A stretch of 63,086 nt of DNA from Bacteroidales bacterium (lineage in GTDB: Bacteria > Bacteroidota > Bacteroidia > Bacteroidales > P3): positions 1-63,086 of the forward strand of contig JAFVAP010000098.1 in assembly GCA_017480455.1 (NCBI GenBank). Direction: 5' to 3'. A program made the position numbers and the translations under genes. The notes under the pieces were generated by a model. It was not told the origin of the DNA. It searched no databases and worked only from the letters and a program-made list of their open reading frames with translations. This document shows positions 58,400 through 63,086 of the stretch, piece by piece (positions within the stretch are counted from its first letter, which is position 1; each line of letters opens with the position of its first letter).

Positions 58400-58479
58400 G
58401 CGTATGTCCCTGTATCGGGGAAACAAATTATTTTTTGCAAAAACTCTTTCTTTTTTATTTCCATTTTGTTTTACTTTAT

Positions 58480-58487
58480 TAATTTTG
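58480..58487 (+). promoter_or_regulatory. -7 box TAatTTTG for the Na/Pi transporter gene
   Basis: Exact match, 29 nt upstream of the ATG. Confidence 0.5.
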
Positions 58488-58515
58488 CAAATAAAGAAAA
58501 AACAACATAAATATT

Positions 58516-60201
58516 ATGCAAACGGTACTTTATATCTTAACTCTGATAGGCTCTTTGGGTGTGTTCCTTTACGGAATGACGGTAATGAGTGAAAGCATTC
58601 AAAAACTTGCAGGAAGCGGACTTAGAGGTCTTCTGTCCAAAATGACTTCCAACAGATTTAAAGGAATACTTACAGGTATAGGTGTAACAAGCATCATACA
58701 GGCATCAGCGGCAACCATAGTAATGGTTGTCTCTTTTGTTAACGCAGGGCTAATCTCTCTCGAGGGTTCAATATCTGTCATCATGGGTGCAAATATCGGA
58801 ACAACCATTACTGCTTGGATAGTTTCCCTTTTAGGATTTCAAGTCTCCGTTGTTTCACTTACCTTGCCGATAATTGCACTTGCGACCCCTCTGATGTTCA
58901 CCAAAAGGTACAAAACCTTAGGAAGTTTTCTCATAGGCTTCGCCTTACTATTCTACGGTTTGGGATTGATGCAATCACAAGTTCCTGATTTTACTCAGCC
59001 TCAGTATTTCTATATTGTAAATTACATCTCCGAACTCTCGTCTCATAGTTATCTTTCCGTTATTCTTTTTGTTGCTGTCGGCACTGTAGTAACCTTTATC
59101 ATACAATCATCTTCCGCCATGATGGCTGTTACTCTCGTTATGTGTTCCAAAGGTTTAATCAGTTTCGAAATGGCTTGCGCTTTGTGCTTAGGAGAAAACA
59201 TAGGAACGACTCTTACAGCCAATCTTGCAGCTATGGTAGCCAATGAGTCGGCTAAGCGTGCGGCAAGAGCGCATCTTTTGTTTAATCTTGCAGGTGTTGT
59301 TTGGGTTCTCGCCTTGTTTTATCCGGTAACTCACCTAATAGATTTCCTTTCTGAATCTTGGGGTTTGGGTGATCCGACAACTCACAGCACGGCAATACCT
59401 ATTGCTCTGTCTCTTTTCCATTCATTTTTCAATGTCAGCAACACTCTGATACTTGTTTGGTTTATTCCTTATATTGTCAAGATTCTTTATAAACTGGTAC
59501 CGGAAAAAAACGGCGAAGAAGTCTTCCGCTTAGAATATATCCGTAAAGGTTTGATTAACTCCGGCGAGATAGCACTTGAGCCTGCCAAAAAAGAAATAGA
59601 AGTCTTTGCAAAAAGAGTTGTCAAGATGTTTGACTTCATTCCTCAACTTTTTGCTTGCTCCGAAAACAGGGAAATCAACAAATTGGAGGAAAGAACGGCT
59701 AAATATGAAGATATAACCGACAGAATGGAAGTGGAAATTGCTGCTTACCTTTCCCATGTCGCCCAAAGCGAGATGTCAGCCAAAGCAACAAAAACCATGG
59801 AAGCAATGTTGAAGATAATAGATAATTTAGAGAGCGTAGGCGATGAATGTTACCAACTATCATTATCTTTAAAAACAAAACACGAACAAAGAATAGAGTT
59901 CTCGGATACAATGAATATCAACCTCCTTCTTATGTTCGACATGGTAAAATCTTCTTTGCAGGAAATGGAATCAAATCTCCTCTTACCCTATGAAAATGTT
60001 GATGGCACAAAAGCACAGGAATTGGAAGACGAGATAAATCTTCACCGTGACAGATTGAGGGAAGAACACACAGAAGCAATAAAAAAGAATGAGTATTCTT
60101 ATCAAACGGGTATTGTTTATTCAAATATATATTCCCAATTGGAAAAATTAGCCGACTATGTGATAAATGTCACCGAGGCAATAACAAAAAAGAACTTCTG
60201 A
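58516..60201 (+). CDS. Na+/phosphate cotransporter family protein with PhoU-like C-terminal domain
   Basis: Duplicated ...QSSSA(T/M)... transporter motifs and a helical C-terminal half. Confidence 0.85.
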   Translation: MQTVLYILTLIGSLGVFLYGMTVMSESIQKLAGSGLRGLLSKMTSNRFKGILTGIGVTSIIQASAATIVMVVSFVNAGLISLEGSISVIMGANIGTTITAWIVSLLGFQVSVVSLTLPIIALATPLMFTKRYKTLGSFLIGFALLFYGLGLMQSQVPDFTQPQYFYIVNYISELSSHSYLSVILFVAVGTVVTFIIQSSSAMMAVTLVMCSKGLISFEMACALCLGENIGTTLTANLAAMVANESAKRAARAHLLFNLAGVVWVLALFYPVTHLIDFLSESWGLGDPTTHSTAIPIALSLFHSFFNVSNTLILVWFIPYIVKILYKLVPEKNGEEVFRLEYIRKGLINSGEIALEPAKKEIEVFAKRVVKMFDFIPQLFACSENREINKLEERTAKYEDITDRMEVEIAAYLSHVAQSEMSAKATKTMEAMLKIIDNLESVGDECYQLSLSLKTKHEQRIEFSDTMNINLLLMFDMVKSSLQEMESNLLLPYENVDGTKAQELEDEINLHRDRLREEHTEAIKKNEYSYQTGIVYSNIYSQLEKLADYVINVTEAITKKNF

Positions 60202-60202
60202 A

Positions 60203-60240
60203 AAGAAAGGAGATGTAACATTGTTACATCTCCTTTTCTT
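60203..60240. terminator. Bidirectional terminator hairpin between convergent genes
   Basis: AAAGGAGATGTAAC-att-GTTACATCTCCTTT, flanked by an A run on one side and a T-rich run on the other. Confidence 0.7.
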
Positions 60241-60286
60241 CTTAAATAAGTGTATCTGATTTCCCTAAACGGAGAAAGTCCTCTCT

Positions 60287-62440
60287 CTATCGTGCTATTA
60301 CAAGTTTTCTTACAGCAGAGAAGTTTCCGTTAGTAAAATACAACCAATAGTTTCCTGCTTTCAAATCAGAAACATTAAGTTTCAATTCACTTTGATTTTT
60401 ATCCGTCTTGCCTTGTATCATTACTTGACCTTTAAGGTTCAACACTCTGTAGTACATATCATCGTTTCTCTGCGGCAATGTAACGGATACTTGCTCCGAT
60501 GCAGGATTAGGATAAATTTCTCCTATCATATCCATAACAGTAGTTTTGTCTTGCAATGATGACCACGTATGTGAACCCTCGCCGTAAACGTCTTGCTCCA
60601 CAATACCCTCTATCTCCGTTCCGTAAACAAGGCTATAGTAACCCAAAGGTGCAGTCATAGGCTTGGTAATGGTCTTTCCGTTGTTGGAGGTTGATGAGAT
60701 ATAATAATATATTGTATCCTTAGCCACCTCAGGCTGCAATGGAATGTAGGCTTCAAACATATTATTCTCCATAGACAAACACTGCAATTCGCTGAACTCA
60801 GTTTGGGAAGCATAACGATAGAAAATCTTGACATTATTTATTCCGCTCTTGTTTTGTGATAAAACATTAAGATGAGCATATTGCACAGGATTTTCAGCTG
60901 TGTTTATATAACGGATAGGTTGATGATATATCCTTACAGGATTTTCAGCAGGTATCTGCTTGGTTATGCAATGTATTGCTCCGCCATAGCCATCAAAACT
61001 CCTTACATCAACTTCTTCGAACTTGTAACCGGGATAAGCATTTTTCATTATTTCCAAAGCGGCAAGGTTTCCGTCAATATCTCCTCTCTGTGATGTTCTC
61101 GTTGCAGTGGAATCATAAAAAACAGGTTGCACAATAGCATCATTAACAAACGTATGGTTAGAAAAAGCACGGGTATATTGGTCATTGTACTGAGATTGTG
61201 AAGAATAGAAAGAACCGCTGTTTTTTGCAGGCAAAGGTACTCGGGAAGCAAAGTACTTGTTTCCGAAAAAGTCCTCGGTATTCAAAAGAGTATTAAGATT
61301 GTTAGTTACTTTTTGTCCGTCAGACCAAGAAGCCATGCTTTGAGGATATTGAGAAACGACAAAGCCTGTTTCTTCCCACATGTCGCAATAAAGATCTATG
61401 TGTCCCGTACCGCCATCGTAGTTCAGTTTAGGAAGAACTATCAACTTAGATAACTTTAAGTGTTCAGTCAAACTGTCATCTACCTGCTGATGAGTAAGGG
61501 GTGTTTTTTCCTGTAGATAATAGCCGTTGGTAGCAGTAGGGTCTTGAACATAGAGACCGTCACTGTCATCTGTGTTAGTTCCGTACACTGCCGTGGTAGT
61601 AACTAACGTTCCGAGACCGTCTAAAAGTATGTTTCCGCCTTCATATTCTATCGTTGAGGTAAAAACAGGTATTTCAAGGTCTTCTGCAATCTTTATCGGC
61701 AAATCATTATCCAAAGGTCTGCCTCCGTAATATTCAAAGTCAAGGAATGCTAAGTCATCATTGTCTCCGTAATAAAACGCTATAGGACCGAAATCCCTGA
61801 ACCAGAAAGCATTTCCTGCATGGACAAAAAAGCGGTAGTTAGTCAAAGGTGTACCTCTCTGAGACATAAAGTCTTTGATTGTCGTACTGTCATCAGCATT
61901 CCAAATATTAATCCAAACTTCTGCATGTTGCTGAATGCCGTTTGCCAAATCTCCGAAAAGTTTTGCATAGTCGGAGTTAGAAGCCACATCAGGTACACTG
62001 TAGACAGGGACAAGCCTTTGTGAATAATAACCTACCGTACCTAAGCCCTCAAAGAGCGGATTTGCCGCTTGGTTGCCCGAAACAGTATAAGTATCGTATA
62101 TCCAAGTCATTAATATCGCTCTTACTTCGTCACTCTCTATCGGAAAGATAGCATCTTCAGGCACGGCATTAAGAGAATTAACGCTTTTCTTAACAAATGA
62201 ACTTGAGAGGTTCTCTGCTTTTCTCCTTTCGAGGTTTTCATTGTTGCGTTTTGCAGGAACTCTTGCCATATCTCTTTGAGCATACTCTGCATTTATCTCT
62301 TCCCTGCTCATTTTTTCTCTTATGGCCAATCTTTCTGCTTTTTTCAGCTTCAGTTCCTCTTCGCTTACTTGGGCTGCCGCAATGTTTAAACCGGCCACAG
62401 CGAAGAACAACACCGCTACTAAATAAAATCGTTTTTTCAT
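60287..62440 (-). CDS. Secreted PAD_porph-family (agmatine deiminase / Porphyromonas-type peptidylarginine deiminase) enzyme with T9SS C-terminal sorting domain
   Basis: Signal peptide. FWFRDFGPI, EGGNILLDGLGT and GGAIHCITKQIP (catalytic Cys) motifs. The C-terminal domain reads IYPNPASEQVSVTL...LKAGNYWLYFTNGNFSAVRKLVIAR. Confidence 0.8.
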   Translation of the reverse strand: MKKRFYLVAVLFFAVAGLNIAAAQVSEEELKLKKAERLAIREKMSREEINAEYAQRDMARVPAKRNNENLERRKAENLSSSFVKKSVNSLNAVPEDAIFPIESDEVRAILMTWIYDTYTVSGNQAANPLFEGLGTVGYYSQRLVPVYSVPDVASNSDYAKLFGDLANGIQQHAEVWINIWNADDSTTIKDFMSQRGTPLTNYRFFVHAGNAFWFRDFGPIAFYYGDNDDLAFLDFEYYGGRPLDNDLPIKIAEDLEIPVFTSTIEYEGGNILLDGLGTLVTTTAVYGTNTDDSDGLYVQDPTATNGYYLQEKTPLTHQQVDDSLTEHLKLSKLIVLPKLNYDGGTGHIDLYCDMWEETGFVVSQYPQSMASWSDGQKVTNNLNTLLNTEDFFGNKYFASRVPLPAKNSGSFYSSQSQYNDQYTRAFSNHTFVNDAIVQPVFYDSTATRTSQRGDIDGNLAALEIMKNAYPGYKFEEVDVRSFDGYGGAIHCITKQIPAENPVRIYHQPIRYINTAENPVQYAHLNVLSQNKSGINNVKIFYRYASQTEFSELQCLSMENNMFEAYIPLQPEVAKDTIYYYISSTSNNGKTITKPMTAPLGYYSLVYGTEIEGIVEQDVYGEGSHTWSSLQDKTTVMDMIGEIYPNPASEQVSVTLPQRNDDMYYRVLNLKGQVMIQGKTDKNQSELKLNVSDLKAGNYWLYFTNGNFSAVRKLVIAR

Positions 62441-62484
62441 AATGTATTTATTAAAAATGTGATTATTAATTACAATTCACGTTA

Positions 62485-62492
62485 CAAAAGTA
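62485..62492 (-). promoter_or_regulatory. -7 box TActTTTG for the deiminase gene
   Basis: The plus strand reads caaaagta, 45 nt upstream of the ATG. Confidence 0.45.
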
Positions 62493-62664
62493 TAAAAAAT
62501 TTCTTTTGCGGAAATAAAAAATTAAATATTTTCTCTTCTCCGAACAAATCTTAGGTTTAAGGGGAATATGTATTGAAAATTTTATCTATACTATTGAGAG
62601 CATAATAACTTTGCCTGTTTGCATACCTATAATTCTGCACCTCAACTTAGGCTGATTTTACATC

Positions 62665-62757
62665 GTAAAAATAAAACGAAGTTTCACGTCAGCGAAATCA
62701 AATCTCAGTTTTCTGAATCTTCGTTTTAATTTTCTGAAACGAAGTTTTATTTTTTCC
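62665..62757. repeat. Intergenic palindromic repeat, copy F
   Basis: It is the reverse complement of copy C with 2 mismatches. Its core is gtttcacgtcagcgaaatcaaatctcag. Confidence 0.85.
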
Positions 62758-62927
62758 AAAATTAGGTCTTATTTTTTTTAGGGAAAGAGATTGAAAATTA
62801 ATTTTTTTGTTATGATGTTTGGCTATTTGAAAATAATATCCGAAATTTGCAAATCTAAGCAAAAAGTTAATGACAGCAAATACCTATAAGATATTAAATA
62901 CTCCTAAGTCTTCATTCCACCCGTATA

Positions 62928-62937
62928 GGGGGGGGGG
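62928..62937. repeat. Homopolymer G10 in non-coding DNA
   Basis: Read directly: ccgtata-GGGGGGGGGG-atttt. It has the same TATAG(n) context as the G9 tract in the GT2 gene. Confidence 0.95.
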
Positions 62938-63086
62938 ATTTTACTGTTAATTAGCAATTTACAATCTTATTATATTTATTTCTTAGTGTACAAAAGAAGT
63001 AAGAACTTATTTCTTTTGCGTAATCTTTTTATGCAATTATGCTATCTGTTTGTTAAATTAATGATAAACAATTAACACAATTAATA

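Noticed and set aside
13322-62440. Ornithine/putrescine carbamoyltransferase plus PAD_porph deiminase as one agmatine-deiminase pathway cluster
   Set aside because: The two genes are 46 kb apart and on independent transcription units. The transferase has the canonical OTC motifs and the deiminase is predicted to be extracellular.

Overview
Low-GC chromosome segment of Bacteroidota type. Evidence for the phylum: several proteins with T9SS C-terminal sorting domains, a complete Bat/MoxR aerotolerance operon, and TAnnTTTG -7 promoter boxes in most intergenic regions. Positions 1-11678 are the integrase-proximal arm of a temperate phage or integrative element inserted at the 3' end of a tRNA-Gln(CTG) gene. 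It carries a replication-organizer-like gene cut by the window edge, an MBL-fold hydrolase, RecT, a Rad50/SMC-like ATPase, an excisionase-like HTH, unknown genes, an immunity region with facing promoters, an XRE repressor, a TPR cargo protein, a CI-type HTH and a tyrosine integrase. No capsid or tail genes are in the window. The other ~51 kb is mostly housekeeping or envelope genes: canonical ornithine carbamoyltransferase, moxR-DUF58-batABC-batD/E, rseC-like, phoH, an AraC/flavodoxin/aldo-keto reductase cluster, M23 peptidase, gcvH, S8 protease, mscL, glnS, a GT2 glycosyltransferase, comEC, purine nucleoside phosphorylase, S41 protease, an exosortase-like protein, HAD hydrolase, lptD-like, amidase, mlaD, lepA, rubrerythrin, a Na/Pi transporter and a secreted PAD_porph-family deiminase. 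No CRISPR array, cas gene, transposase or rRNA was seen. Signals that ordinary gene calls do not explain: (1) six intergenic copies of an AT-rich palindromic repeat built from ~21-nt AAAATAAAACGAAGTTTCAG units, one copy being a 4x21-nt tandem array; (2) a G9 tract inside the GT2 gene and a G10 tract in the same TATAG(n) context in the terminal 645-bp non-coding region; (3) an in-frame TAA splitting a TPR-PD40-OmpA gene; (4) a 77-aa secreted protein with a PEP-CTERM-like tripartite tail, plus an exosortase/archaeosortase-family gene that appears co-transcribed with lptD; (5) an adenine-poor, GC-rich 3' end on one prophage gene that resembles a DGR variable region, although no TR or RT is visible; (6) iteron-like repeats inside the replication gene. 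All functional names come from motifs I recognised by eye, and none has been confirmed by a database search.
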